Assembly: GCA_043733905.1 (NCBI GenBank)
Contig: JAYTGA010000299.1
Span: 85 to 64,084, forward strand
Length of the DNA stretch: 64,000 nt
DNA from: Segetibacter sp.
Lineage (GTDB): Bacteria > Bacteroidota > Bacteroidia > Chitinophagales > Chitinophagaceae
Reading direction: 5' to 3'
Position numbers and translations under genes: made by a program. The notes below the pieces were generated by a model. The model saw nothing but the letters and a program-made list of their open reading frames with translations, did not search any database and had not been told where the DNA came from. This document shows, piece by piece, positions 37,838 through 48,107 of the stretch; the first letter of the stretch is position 1, and each line of letters opens with the position of its first letter.

Positions 37838-38054
37838 GTAGGTGCACATTCAGGGGTTATTTTACCATAGAAAAAGGCCAGCGGTCCTAAACGGAAGAAA
37901 CACAGAGAAGTCCATTTTCATTTTTGTCCTTAGTGAAAAACTTTGTGTCTTTGTAGCTGTAAATGCTTACAAAATCCGGTTTGTTGCTTCAATCATTTGC
38001 TACACAAAAATGGGTATAGAAAGCAGGGCGCAAATCCCTAATTGTAGTGAAATG

Positions 38055-38681
38055 TCAGGGCTGCTTAATGTGTTGGTAGTAATAAGCGATTGCTTCGCCG
38101 AGGGAAGAAATGTGGAGCTTGATGTAGATGTTTTTGGTGTGGGTGTTCACAGTGCTGTAGCTGACACATAGCTGGTCTGCTATCATCTTATAACTCAAAC
38201 CTTTTGCCAGCAGTGCAAGCACATCGTTTTCGCGTTGGCTCAGGTTGTTTTCGGGTGGTTGGGGTTTAAAATATTCCAGCACTTTGCTGGCTATGCCGGG
38301 GTTGATGGCTGCACCGCCTTCATACACTTCCTGTATGGCCTGGCACAGGCGGGCTACGCTGTCTTTCTTTAGTATGTAGCCATTGGCGCCATTGCGCAGG
38401 CTGGTAAATATTCTTTCGGTATCCTCAAACGCTGTCTGCATCAGCACTTTGACAGATGGATATGTTTTCTTGATAAGCTCCAGGCCAATCAACCCGTTGA
38501 CCAATGGCATGTTGATGTCCATGAGTACCACATCGGGATAATAAGCTTCCATGTCTTCCAAAACATGGCTGCAGTCCGGCGCATCACCCACCCATTCCAG
38601 TTCCTGGCTCAGGTTGATCAATGCCCGCAGACTGTCGCGGTGGGTCATGTTGTCTTCATAAATAAATACGCGGATTGACAT
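38055..38681 (-). CDS. NarL/LuxR family response regulator
   Basis: REC domain (YED...DVVLMDINMP...GANGYILK) plus HTH LSQRE...KGLSYKMIA; start refined to ATG 38681. Confidence 0.92.
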   Translation of the reverse strand: MSIRVFIYEDNMTHRDSLRALINLSQELEWVGDAPDCSHVLEDMEAYYPDVVLMDINMPLVNGLIGLELIKKTYPSVKVLMQTAFEDTERIFTSLRNGANGYILKKDSVARLCQAIQEVYEGGAAINPGIASKVLEYFKPQPPENNLSQRENDVLALLAKGLSYKMIADQLCVSYSTVNTHTKNIYIKLHISSLGEAIAYYYQHIKQP

Positions 38682-38903
38682 TTTGTAAAAGTAAAAAGAT
38701 TGGCAGTTGGTGAAACTCACTAAATATAGGGAGATGCACCTAAATCCCAAATCTCCTGAAAGATAGTTTTTAAGACTTTCATCTGGTGTTACTTCTGTTT
38801 CTTAGCCTTTGAAGTTTCATTATCCCGTAGAAAAAATAAAATTTCATCAGAAAAACTTGTGAATATACCAATAATTGGTATTTTTGAATTAAAATAAATT
38901 AGC

Positions 38904-39146
38904 ATGGCAAAAAATACATCCGTTCTTCTTGGAGATCATTTTGAAAAATTTATTGTCAACGAGGTGTCTTCTGGTAAGTACAGTTCTGCAAGTGAAGTTG
39001 TAAGAACTGCATTGCGGATGCTTGAGTCAGAGGAAGAAAAAAAGTCTGCATTGTTAAAAGCGTTGATTCGTGGAGAAAAATCTAAAAGAGTTGAAAATTT
39101 TGACCCCGAAGCACATTTAGCAAACCTTCATAAGAAGCACTTATGA
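38904..39146 (+). CDS. parD: ParD family antitoxin (RHH)
   Basis: NTSVLLGDHFEKFI...SGKYSSASEVVRTALRMLE. Confidence 0.9.
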   Translation: MAKNTSVLLGDHFEKFIVNEVSSGKYSSASEVVRTALRMLESEEEKKSALLKALIRGEKSKRVENFDPEAHLANLHKKHL

Positions 39147-39451
39147 GGAAACTAAAGATTGTTTTCCATAAAAGAGCAATAGAGGATTTAGAGGAAATCT
39201 GGTTATATACCGTTCAAAATTGGTCACTTGAGCAGGCTGACAGATACCACCGTTTGATTTATAACGAAGTTGAATTTTTAGCTTTTAAACCTGAATCCGG
39301 GAAGGATTTTAACCATCTTAGAAAAGGCTATAGAGCTTCTAAAGTAAAATCTCATTTTATCTTTTACAAATGTTCTTCGTCCGAAATTGAAATCATTAGA
39401 ATTTTACACGAGAATATGGATATTCTGAATCGTTTGAGTGATTCGCTATAA
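39143..39451 (+). CDS. parE: ParE family toxin
   Basis: AIEDLEEIWLYT..NWS.EQADRY...GYRASKVKSHFIFY...IIRILHE.MD. Confidence 0.9.
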   Translation: MRKLKIVFHKRAIEDLEEIWLYTVQNWSLEQADRYHRLIYNEVEFLAFKPESGKDFNHLRKGYRASKVKSHFIFYKCSSSEIEIIRILHENMDILNRLSDSL

Positions 39452-39471
39452 TGCTCAAGCCATAAAATGTC

Positions 39472-42447
39472 TCATTGTTCCTTCTCCCAATCCGTCAAAG
39501 GAATGCGGGCAAGAATGCAGGTTCCTTTGCCAAATTTGGAATCTATTTCCATTGTACCTTTTAACTCTTCTGCCCGTTTGTTCATATTCTGCAGTCCATT
39601 TCCCATGGTGCTTTTGCTTTCATTGAATCCTATGCCGTTGTCGTTTATTTCCAACAGCACTTCATCGTTTTCAATACGCATGTTGATGCTGATAGTGGTG
39701 GCTTTGCTATACTTCACAGCATTGTTGACTGCTTCTTTCACAATCAGCAATGCGTTCTTTCGCAGCCGCACATCTTTCAGGTCGTTGATGCTTTGGGCAA
39801 TGTTTATTTGGTAGTCCATATTGGAGGCACCAAGCACATCGCTTACATAGTTTTTGATGCGGCTTTCAATGTTGACAAACTGGTCTTTGCCCGTCTTTAA
39901 ACTCCAGATAATTTCACCCAGGTTTTCGAGCATTAACTTTGTTTGCAAGGATAGTTTGCCCAGTATTTCTTTGGTTTTGCCAGGGTCTGTTTCTATCAAT
40001 TGACCTGCAATATTGCTGTAGATATTAATACTGCTGAGTGTGGTGCCAATATCATCGTGCAGGTCGGCGGTTATTCGGTTGCCCGCCCTTTCGAGGGCTA
40101 ATTGTTTTTCAAAATCAGCTTTCAAAATTTGCTGCCTCCGGTTAAATAAATACCACAACAGCAAGCCGGGGAAAAGCAAAGCGACAAGGGTGATAAACCA
40201 CCATTGCTGGTAAAAAGGAGTGGCGATGGTAAAGGTTAATTGCAGCACTGTTTTACTGATGTGGTTGTTTACATCTACCGCCCTTATTTTGATGCGGTGG
40301 TGACCACTGTAGAGTTGTGTGTTTAGTGTGTTGCCTTGCAGGTCGTTCCACAGCGTATCGTTGTCAGTGGCGTATTGTAGTTTTAGAAAATGACCCGTTA
40401 AGTCTACTCCTGCAAATGTGAGTGCTATATTGTTTTGGTTGGCAGCCAGGCTGAAATGATTGCCTATTAATAGAGGCTTTTGGTTCACCCGCACCTCCGT
40501 AAGCCGTGGTACGATGTCGGCCTGGAAAGAAGCAAAGTTGAAAGGGATTTTGGCAATGCCATTTTCAGTAGCAGCATAGACTGTATCGTTGAAGAAAGCA
40601 AAATCGTTGATTGCATTGCTTGGTAGGCCATCGGTTTTGGAAATGTTGCTGATGGAGTAATCAAGCCCTTTATTTTTCCAGGAATAATGAATGACCGAAA
40701 TGCCCGTTTTGCTGCCCACCCACACTTTGTTTTTAAACACATTCATGCACACAATGTTTTGCGGCAACCCTGCTCTGTTGCGGATGTTGGCCACGCATTG
40801 GTCATTTTTTAAAACCAGTATTTTCCCGGTGGTGGTGGCTGCCCACAGTGTGCTGTCCGGGGCAGATGCGAGTGCAGATAGTTTGCTGTTTTCAAGATAA
40901 TGATTGAGAGAAATGTGCATTTCAATGTTCTTATCAAAATCATATTCATAAAGTCCGTCTGCACTTATGTAATAAACTAAATTTCCCATTCCTTTTACCA
41001 GGCTTAGTGTTCGGCGCTGAATGCTATTGACAAGCAAATATGCCCTTGTGTTGATGTTTAATTTTACTAAACCTTCGTGAGTGCCGATTATGACAATGGA
41101 ATCATTCAAAATAGCCGCAGATTTTAAAGAGTAAATCCATCCTTTGGGCTTATTTTCAATGATGATTTTGTGCTTAAAATCAATTCCGCAGAAGTAATCA
41201 CTCAACGTAATGACTTTGCTGTTTACACAAAATGTTTTCCTTAACCAAAACCCTTTTGAAGAAATCGAAACCTGGTGGCTGATAAAACGATTGCTGACTA
41301 TCTGCAACAACCATCCATAATAATTGCCTGCCAATATTTCCCCTTTGGGTGATGCAGCAATACTTAGGAAATTGGTCTTAATAAGATTGGGTGGTATTGC
41401 CTTTCGCTGCACAACACCTTTTCGGTAATGTACCAATCCTTTGTCTAAAGTGCCGACCCACAAACCATTGTTTTTATCAATGAAAGCAGTATTGGCATCG
41501 CTTACATTTTCAATAGAATCCTCTATCGAAAATTTATTTTCATCTAACAAATAAATCATTTTGCTACTAATGACAACAAACTTCTGATTGCATACCGGGA
41601 AAATGCGTGATACAGGAAAATGAAAAGAAATAGAATCAACGGTGTAAATAATCGGCAGAATATTTTTTACAGTAATTTTTTTAACACAATTGTCGTTCAT
41701 TTCATAAAATTTGCCATTATAGGTGAAATAGACCGATAAAGGTGTTGTAGGAATATTAAAACTATCAACTATTTTTTCAACGGTATAGATATTTATTCCA
41801 TAAACTTTATTACCAATCCTTCCTCTGCCAATAAAATATTGTTGATTTCCTATTGATACTGTTTCTTTTGACCGTAGTAAAATAAGTGACTCGCCTTTTT
41901 TATCCAATCTCTTCAATAAAAAAGAAGCAATACCGTTACCTGGTTGAAAAAATAAGTTACCGTCGTTATTTAGAGATAACAAGTAAAAAACTTTTGCAAT
42001 CATTTCTACATCTTCATTTCCCTTCAATAAAACAAAACGGTTGGTGAGGTTGTCAAAATAAGAAACGTGTTCCTTGTAACAGTTTACCCAAATGGTGCCG
42101 CTGCCATCCTTTACCACTTGCACAGCATCGTTGTTTGGCAGCCCGTCATTCACCGAAAAGTTTTGGAAATATTTGCCGTCGAAACGGCTGACACCATTGT
42201 TGGTGGCTATCCACAGAAAACCCTGGTTGTCTTCGGTCATGTCATAGATGTGGTTGCTGGGCAGGCCGTTGTCTGTGGTAAATGTGTTGACGTAGTTGTA
42301 CTTTTGAGACCATCCATTGTTACACATCAACAGCAGCATCGCAAACAGCCAGGTAGCCATACGGTCATTTTTGGGGTTGCATCCAAACATTCGATGAACT
42401 GTGTTTTGAAGTGTGGTTAAAGATAATATAAAAAAATAGAATGACAA
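39472..42447 (-). CDS. Membrane-anchored sensor histidine kinase with periplasmic beta-propeller/Y_Y_Y sensor and HisKA_3
   Basis: GLPSNHIYD...WIAT..G.SRFDG propeller repeats; TM helix; RITADLHDDIG, EAVNNAVKYS, DNGIGF and GNGL..M motifs. The true start may be about 42360-42390. Confidence 0.9.
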   Translation of the reverse strand: MSFYFFILSLTTLQNTVHRMFGCNPKNDRMATWLFAMLLLMCNNGWSQKYNYVNTFTTDNGLPSNHIYDMTEDNQGFLWIATNNGVSRFDGKYFQNFSVNDGLPNNDAVQVVKDGSGTIWVNCYKEHVSYFDNLTNRFVLLKGNEDVEMIAKVFYLLSLNNDGNLFFQPGNGIASFLLKRLDKKGESLILLRSKETVSIGNQQYFIGRGRIGNKVYGINIYTVEKIVDSFNIPTTPLSVYFTYNGKFYEMNDNCVKKITVKNILPIIYTVDSISFHFPVSRIFPVCNQKFVVISSKMIYLLDENKFSIEDSIENVSDANTAFIDKNNGLWVGTLDKGLVHYRKGVVQRKAIPPNLIKTNFLSIAASPKGEILAGNYYGWLLQIVSNRFISHQVSISSKGFWLRKTFCVNSKVITLSDYFCGIDFKHKIIIENKPKGWIYSLKSAAILNDSIVIIGTHEGLVKLNINTRAYLLVNSIQRRTLSLVKGMGNLVYYISADGLYEYDFDKNIEMHISLNHYLENSKLSALASAPDSTLWAATTTGKILVLKNDQCVANIRNRAGLPQNIVCMNVFKNKVWVGSKTGISVIHYSWKNKGLDYSISNISKTDGLPSNAINDFAFFNDTVYAATENGIAKIPFNFASFQADIVPRLTEVRVNQKPLLIGNHFSLAANQNNIALTFAGVDLTGHFLKLQYATDNDTLWNDLQGNTLNTQLYSGHHRIKIRAVDVNNHISKTVLQLTFTIATPFYQQWWFITLVALLFPGLLLWYLFNRRQQILKADFEKQLALERAGNRITADLHDDIGTTLSSINIYSNIAGQLIETDPGKTKEILGKLSLQTKLMLENLGEIIWSLKTGKDQFVNIESRIKNYVSDVLGASNMDYQINIAQSINDLKDVRLRKNALLIVKEAVNNAVKYSKATTISINMRIENDEVLLEINDNGIGFNESKSTMGNGLQNMNKRAEELKGTMEIDSKFGKGTCILARIPLTDWEKEQ

Positions 42448-42610
42448 GATGCTATTTTACGAATGATCATTTCTAATGACCAAGTCATCAAGCAATATGA
42501 ATGAATTGTTGCTGATTAATAAAACTCAAAGCCCCACACAAAACTGCATTGCCAAAAGGCCATAAGCAATGCTCCAACAACGGAAAAAAAGAATGAAACA
42601 ACGGTTTGTT

Positions 42611-42628
42611 TTACCGTCATTTAACGGG
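42611..42628. promoter_or_regulatory. Candidate response-regulator box TTACCGTCATTTAACGGG
   Basis: Exact copy of 37820-37837; AACAACGG also at 42576-42583 and 42597-42604. Confidence 0.5.
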
Positions 42629-42719
42629 TGAAGAAATGTTTGAAACACTATTTGAAAAACCGGGATTGGTTGGTTACTTTGTGGTTATAAAAATTTATAC
42701 AAACCTTAAAACAACTTTT

Positions 42720-43541
42720 ATGAAAAAGATTCTTTTGGTTACTAATGTCCTCACACTCATTTTTCTTTATTTCCAATCGTGTGAAACAATCGGTGGCGTA
42801 ACCGATGGTAATGGAAGCTTTCACTTAAACAAAGAACCTATGTATTCTTCCTGTTACAATTGCGTAACTGATGATATACATGGTGAAACTGCTTCTGAAT
42901 TTACCGATGTGACCGCCAGATACCGGTACACACACCAAAGGGTTTACAATGCTTATGTAACAAACCAACTTACCGCCATGACGACAAGTTATGCAGTTGA
43001 CAAAGAGTTTAAAGATGCCAGAAGTTGCTGGTATTCAGTAGATACTCTCAAAAAATTCATTTGCCTGTTGGAAAAATATGCAGGAAAGGTTGATCTCAAA
43101 TCATCTCAATTAGGAGTCAGGTTTTACTATGCGAACTATCCAATAACTTATAAACGTGATGAGTTATCGCAAATACATCATACCTTGTTTTTGACAGCTA
43201 CTTATGCAAACGACAATGGCTTAAACGTGGACTTTGAACCAAGGGTAAGTGCAGCTACAGGTAAAGTGACAGATTTGGGAGATTTAATGAAAGAACAATG
43301 GAAAAGCCGGGATGTTACTCAAACGAACCCCAAACCTGATTTTTTCAATAAGTCTTTATTCATGATTGCAGGAACTACTTCCCCGCTTCATTACAGAAGT
43401 GCAGGTGCTGGCAGTGGGTCCGGAACGGGTGGTACATCAGGCATTGTTTCTATGAACCAGGGCGATTTGTGTCCGCCAAGCTCAGACTGTAATGGAACCT
43501 TAGATGCTGTAGATGGCTTCAGTCCTGATCCACAACCTTAA
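42720..43541 (+). CDS. Hypothetical lipoprotein with Gly/Ser linker and NQGDLCPP tail
   Basis: Lipobox FQSC at residue 21 from ATG 42720; first gene of a tightly packed four-gene unit. Confidence 0.7.
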   Translation: MKKILLVTNVLTLIFLYFQSCETIGGVTDGNGSFHLNKEPMYSSCYNCVTDDIHGETASEFTDVTARYRYTHQRVYNAYVTNQLTAMTTSYAVDKEFKDARSCWYSVDTLKKFICLLEKYAGKVDLKSSQLGVRFYYANYPITYKRDELSQIHHTLFLTATYANDNGLNVDFEPRVSAATGKVTDLGDLMKEQWKSRDVTQTNPKPDFFNKSLFMIAGTTSPLHYRSAGAGSGSGTGGTSGIVSMNQGDLCPPSSDCNGTLDAVDGFSPDPQP

Positions 43542-43555
43542 ATACGACAATTATT

Positions 43556-44212
43556 ATGTCTATAGAGCATCTGTTAAAATGGGTCTTAAATGTGTTTGAA
43601 CTGACCGCTGCCTGCACAGGGTTCTATTATTGGAACAAATGGAAGCATACTTATTGGAAATGGTTTACAATCTTTTTGTTTTTTATTTTCCTCACGGAAA
43701 TGGTAGGAAAATATTTAGCCACTTACGTGCCTGGAACCAATGTTCGCTGGTACCGTTATGTCAATATTCCTGTTTACTTTTTATTCCTTTTATGGCTGTT
43801 AGGCAAACCCTTTCAAACAAAGAGAATGTTATCCATCAGCCAGTTTTTCATGATTGGATACATAGCTTTGTTCCTGGCAGAAGAGTTGTTATTGAGTGGG
43901 TCAAATGTAAAATATAGTATCCTTTCTTATCAGTTTGGCTCGGTTGCAATACTGGTTTTGTCCATAAAATATTTCATTAGGCTCGTGCAAAAAGACAGCA
44001 TCCTTTTTTTTAAAAGCGATATACATTTTTGGGTATCATCAGGGCTAATCATTTACATGATCATTATGCTTCCTTTCAGGTCATTGTACAATATTTTGGA
44101 TACACATAATTATCATAGCATTGCCACGGGTTATTGGTACCTGTCATTTCTTTTTAATTACAACATGTACACTTTTTTTACACTCGGTTTAATATGGGGA
44201 AAAGCGAAATAA
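43556..44212 (+). CDS. Seven-TM hypothetical membrane protein (putative receptor)
   Basis: About 7 hydrophobic helices; HFWVSSGL.IY motif; overlaps the kinase start. Confidence 0.75.
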   Translation: MSIEHLLKWVLNVFELTAACTGFYYWNKWKHTYWKWFTIFLFFIFLTEMVGKYLATYVPGTNVRWYRYVNIPVYFLFLLWLLGKPFQTKRMLSISQFFMIGYIALFLAEELLLSGSNVKYSILSYQFGSVAILVLSIKYFIRLVQKDSILFFKSDIHFWVSSGLIIYMIIMLPFRSLYNILDTHNYHSIATGYWYLSFLFNYNMYTFFTLGLIWGKAK

Positions 44213-44970
44213 TTATAGCACTTATTACTTCAACTATAGGTTTTGCAATTCTGATTGCAGGCATACTCATCTTCATTATCCAATACCGAAAAAGAAAACT
44301 TGAACATCAAAAAGAAACCATCATGCTGAATGAAAAACACACACAGGAACTGTTGGAAAAACAGCTGGACACCCAGCAGCAAACCATGCAACACATAGGC
44401 AGGGAGATACATGATAATGTGGGTCAAAAGCTCACATTGGCTTCATTATACACCAAACAGCTTTCCATAAAAACCACACAAAACCTGGACGAAAAAATAG
44501 TTGCCATCAGTACTATCATAGATGAATCGCTGAGTGAATTGCGGCAGTTGAGCAAGACACTGACCAACCCGCAACTGGCCAATGCAAACCTTCTATTTTT
44601 GCTGAAAGAAGAAGCCAAACGCATCAATGTGTCCGGTGTGTGCCATGTATCCGTTATCAGTCATGAAAACGAAATCACATTGCCACAGGCAACTAAAAAT
44701 GTTTTGTTCCGGCTGCTGCAGGAGTTTATTCAAAACAGCCTGAAACACGCTGGTTGCAGAAAGATAACGATCACCCTTGGCATCCAAAACAACCAACTAA
44801 ACATTACTGCAACCGACGATGGCAAAGGCTTTGACACCAACATAACATCCAACGGCATTGGCCTGCAAAACATGCAACGACGGGCTGAAGAACTAGGAGC
44901 GGTTTATGAATTAAAAAGCAAACAGGGAAATGGTACAACCCTAAGCATTTCAATCCCAATAACCCAATAA
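44194..44970 (+). CDS. Single-TM HisKA_3 sensor histidine kinase
   Basis: IGREIHDNVGQKL, QEFIQNSLKHA, DDGKGFD and GIGLQNM motifs; one N-terminal TM and no sensor domain. Confidence 0.9.
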   Translation: MGKSEIIIALITSTIGFAILIAGILIFIIQYRKRKLEHQKETIMLNEKHTQELLEKQLDTQQQTMQHIGREIHDNVGQKLTLASLYTKQLSIKTTQNLDEKIVAISTIIDESLSELRQLSKTLTNPQLANANLLFLLKEEAKRINVSGVCHVSVISHENEITLPQATKNVLFRLLQEFIQNSLKHAGCRKITITLGIQNNQLNITATDDGKGFDTNITSNGIGLQNMQRRAEELGAVYELKSKQGNGTTLSISIPITQ

Positions 44971-45001
44971 ACCAATTAACCAATAAACCAATCAACAAAT
45001 C

Positions 45002-45649
45002 TTGAAACACACAATAGCCATAGCCGACGACCACCTGCTGATCGCCAAAGCACTAAGCGGCATTATTGAAAGTTTTCAAAACTTTGAAGTGCTGTACGAA
45101 GTTGAAAACGGAAAGGTTTTGCAGGAGAAATTTGCACTCGCTAAAAACATTCCGGACATTGTTTTGCTTGACATTAGTATGCCGGTGATGGACGGATTTG
45201 CAACCGCGAGTTGGTTAAAGGAGCACCACCCTGCGGTGCTTGTCATGGCACTCAGTATGCAGGATGATGATGAGTCACTCATTAAAATGATCAGGGCCGG
45301 AGCCCGTGGCTACCTTCACAAAAATGTTCACCCGACTGAGCTGGAAAAGGCGTTGGAAGCCATTGTTAGCCGGGGCATGTACTACCCCGATTGGGCTGCC
45401 AGCAAAGTGTTTTCCGCCATGGCGGGCAGCGATAAGACACCTGAAAACAACATCCACCTCACGGAACGTGAAACAGAATTTCTCCAATACGCCGCCACCG
45501 AATTGACCTACAAAGAAATTGGCGATAAAATGTTTTGCAGCCCCCGAACCGTGGAAAGCTACCGTGATACTTTGTTTGAAAAAACAGGTTTACGAACCCG
45601 TGTGGGACTGGTCGTGTTCGCTATCAAGCATGGTATCTGCAAGGTCTAA
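45002..45649 (+). CDS. NarL/LuxR family response regulator
   Basis: IADDH...LLDISMP...GARGYL.K; LTERE...SPRTVESYR; TTG start. Confidence 0.92.
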   Translation: MKHTIAIADDHLLIAKALSGIIESFQNFEVLYEVENGKVLQEKFALAKNIPDIVLLDISMPVMDGFATASWLKEHHPAVLVMALSMQDDDESLIKMIRAGARGYLHKNVHPTELEKALEAIVSRGMYYPDWAASKVFSAMAGSDKTPENNIHLTERETEFLQYAATELTYKEIGDKMFCSPRTVESYRDTLFEKTGLRTRVGLVVFAIKHGICKV

Positions 45650-45665
45650 ACCAGCATCTCTTCTT

Positions 45666-48107
45666 CTACACCCCCTTTCGCCGTTTGTGAATACTCAAAT
45701 AATCTAAGTAGTAAATAACCCGAAGCGAAAAACTGTTGGCCTGTGGCTCTTTCCAGGTGTTGCTAAAGTTTTTAAAATAACGTGGTTGCACCTCATGGTC
45801 AAATAGTTCCGAGGCATCTTTCCACACAATATTAATGAAACTGCCCTGGGCAAATTGCCAGGTATAGGTCATGTCTATGTTGAAGAAATTAACATTGTCA
45901 TTCGGGTTATTCTTTTCTGTTGGAATAAAGTTGTAGGGAACCAGTTCGCTCTTTTCATCCAGCAGAAAATAGTCTTTGTAAGTCACCTTGCTCCAGTAGT
46001 GTCTTGCCCTGAAGCTGAGCCCCATTTTGTTGTTGAAATTGTATTTGACGGTCAGCAGGTTCTCTATTGTTCGTCTGTCTCTAAGCCCTATTAGGGTCTG
46101 CTTGTCGTCGTCAATAGTGGTGGCAAAACCCATATTCCGGTTTCCATAGTTTGCATAAACCGATGTACTGATGGTCAGCTTATTATTGAACCTGTATTGC
46201 TGGCTGATGTTAAAGTCCAACGCCTTGCTGTCATACTGCGGAAGGTAGGCGACGTAAAAGGTAACAGAGGCTGAATACTTCTTGGCAGAGTTGGTATTAA
46301 TCCAAAATCCGGGGTTAAAATTGTAAGGTCTGATGAAGTTGAAACCGGGGACACGGGGTTCATAAAAATCGTTCTCTTTTCCACTCCAGTTAAACTCTGC
46401 ACCCACATTCCACAGGTTTTTCAGTTGCCCGTTCACGTTGGCATTGATCCACACATTCTGAAATGTGCGGGGAACGAAACGCTGGTTAAGCCCTGTATTG
46501 AAATTGAAGTAGAGGTTTTGATAAAAACTCTTTGGCTTCAGTAGTTTGTAGCCAATCCATGCGCTATAGTTTTGGTAGTTGCTGTTGGTAAAATAACCCA
46601 GGTCACGTTGGTCGTATTTGTCATCTGCCAGGTTCTGGCTCACCACCCAGTTAAAGACACCTTTTGTTTTTCCAAAGTTAATGTCGAAGATGGAACCGTT
46701 CTGATTTTTATGATCGGGTAAATAACCCACCAGCACACTCCGGCCAACTCTTCCAAAGAAATTGTACTTCACGTTTTTGTCGTACACATCCCACAACGCA
46801 GCGGTCACATTGGCATCATAGTCCTGCCCGCTGCGCCACACACTTGTGTTAATGAGCGATACGCTGCTGTTGTGTTTCAGCGCCTGGTCAAACACCACAA
46901 TGTTGTAGTTGGTCAGTGGGTTGGTCTCCACTTTTCTTTGTTTGCCGGTGCTATCTTCTATCACCGAATGTTGCGGTGCGGTAATGGCATTCAACACACC
47001 CACACCAAACCCCGAAGATGTGCGGCCACTCACCTTAATAGCATTGATCAATTTGGTTTCCGAAGGATCTAAAATCACCTTTTCACCACTTTGCAAATCG
47101 CCATAACCATGAATGGGTGCACCACCAATCCTTCGACTATAAAAAAGATTTCCTTTACTGAACAAGTCTGTTCCTTCGGTAAAAAAAGTGCGGTATTCAT
47201 TGTATTTCACTTCAAACGGCGTCAGGTTCAGCACATGGTTGTCGCTCTGCACCTGCCCAAAATCGGGTATCAGCGTGGCATCCAGCGTAAACGATTGGTT
47301 GATGCCATACTTCACATCCATGCCACCGCTCAAAGACGAACTCCAGTTTTTGACACCGGCCTCGTTGTAAGGATAGTGATTGAAATAAGTAGAAAAATAG
47401 GGCGAAAAAGACAACCTCACCGGCACTTTTATGTTTTCCACCCCAGTCCATTCACCTGCCTGTGTAAACAAACCATTGATCTTCGGATCTAAAGGGTTCC
47501 AAAAAAACTGCTGCCCGGTTTTCTTTCTTCTGCGGGTAATGTTCAGCCCCCAGTTTTGTTTTCCCTTGCTCGAAAAACGGATGGCGGAGTAAGGGATTCT
47601 CATTTCAAATGTCCATCCATCGTTCACTATTTTAGCCACAGAGGTGTACACACTATTCCAGCTTCCGTCCTCACCTTGCGAAGAATATTTGGCATCATAC
47701 TGCTCCCCCAGCGGCGTTACATAATAGCCAAAGCCATTTATTTTGTCATGATAAGTGTCGAACAACACACCGACAAAATCGTTAGAGCCAACCATATCAC
47801 GGCCCACCAGATCCGTGCTAATGCTATCTTTTGTTTCGTGACAGAATCCGGCAACATAGATCGCCTGATCGTCGTAAAGCAACTTAATTTCAGTCCGGCT
47901 TTTATAATTTTCTTTTGCGCCAAAGTTGGGTCTGTTCTCAAAAAAATCAGTTGCCACAGGGGCATTTTTCCAGGCACTGTCTTTCAGATCGCCGTCAATG
48001 ATGATCATCTGATTTGTGCGCACAGCAGCCAGTGTGCGCACAGGTTCCTGTGCAAAAACAGAACTGGAGAAGCAGAAAAAAATAACAGAAAGTAGTAGCA
48101 GTTTCAT
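45666..48107 (-). CDS. DUF5916 / CBM9-like domain outer-membrane protein
   Basis: IDGDL.DSAW..AP CBM9-like N-terminus; PDFGQV.SD..VLNL.PFE...E.R.FF.EG motif. Confidence 0.85.
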   Translation of the reverse strand: MKLLLLSVIFFCFSSSVFAQEPVRTLAAVRTNQMIIIDGDLKDSAWKNAPVATDFFENRPNFGAKENYKSRTEIKLLYDDQAIYVAGFCHETKDSISTDLVGRDMVGSNDFVGVLFDTYHDKINGFGYYVTPLGEQYDAKYSSQGEDGSWNSVYTSVAKIVNDGWTFEMRIPYSAIRFSSKGKQNWGLNITRRRKKTGQQFFWNPLDPKINGLFTQAGEWTGVENIKVPVRLSFSPYFSTYFNHYPYNEAGVKNWSSSLSGGMDVKYGINQSFTLDATLIPDFGQVQSDNHVLNLTPFEVKYNEYRTFFTEGTDLFSKGNLFYSRRIGGAPIHGYGDLQSGEKVILDPSETKLINAIKVSGRTSSGFGVGVLNAITAPQHSVIEDSTGKQRKVETNPLTNYNIVVFDQALKHNSSVSLINTSVWRSGQDYDANVTAALWDVYDKNVKYNFFGRVGRSVLVGYLPDHKNQNGSIFDINFGKTKGVFNWVVSQNLADDKYDQRDLGYFTNSNYQNYSAWIGYKLLKPKSFYQNLYFNFNTGLNQRFVPRTFQNVWINANVNGQLKNLWNVGAEFNWSGKENDFYEPRVPGFNFIRPYNFNPGFWINTNSAKKYSASVTFYVAYLPQYDSKALDFNISQQYRFNNKLTISTSVYANYGNRNMGFATTIDDDKQTLIGLRDRRTIENLLTVKYNFNNKMGLSFRARHYWSKVTYKDYFLLDEKSELVPYNFIPTEKNNPNDNVNFFNIDMTYTWQFAQGSFINIVWKDASELFDHEVQPRYFKNFSNTWKEPQANSFSLRVIYYLDYLSIHKRRKGV

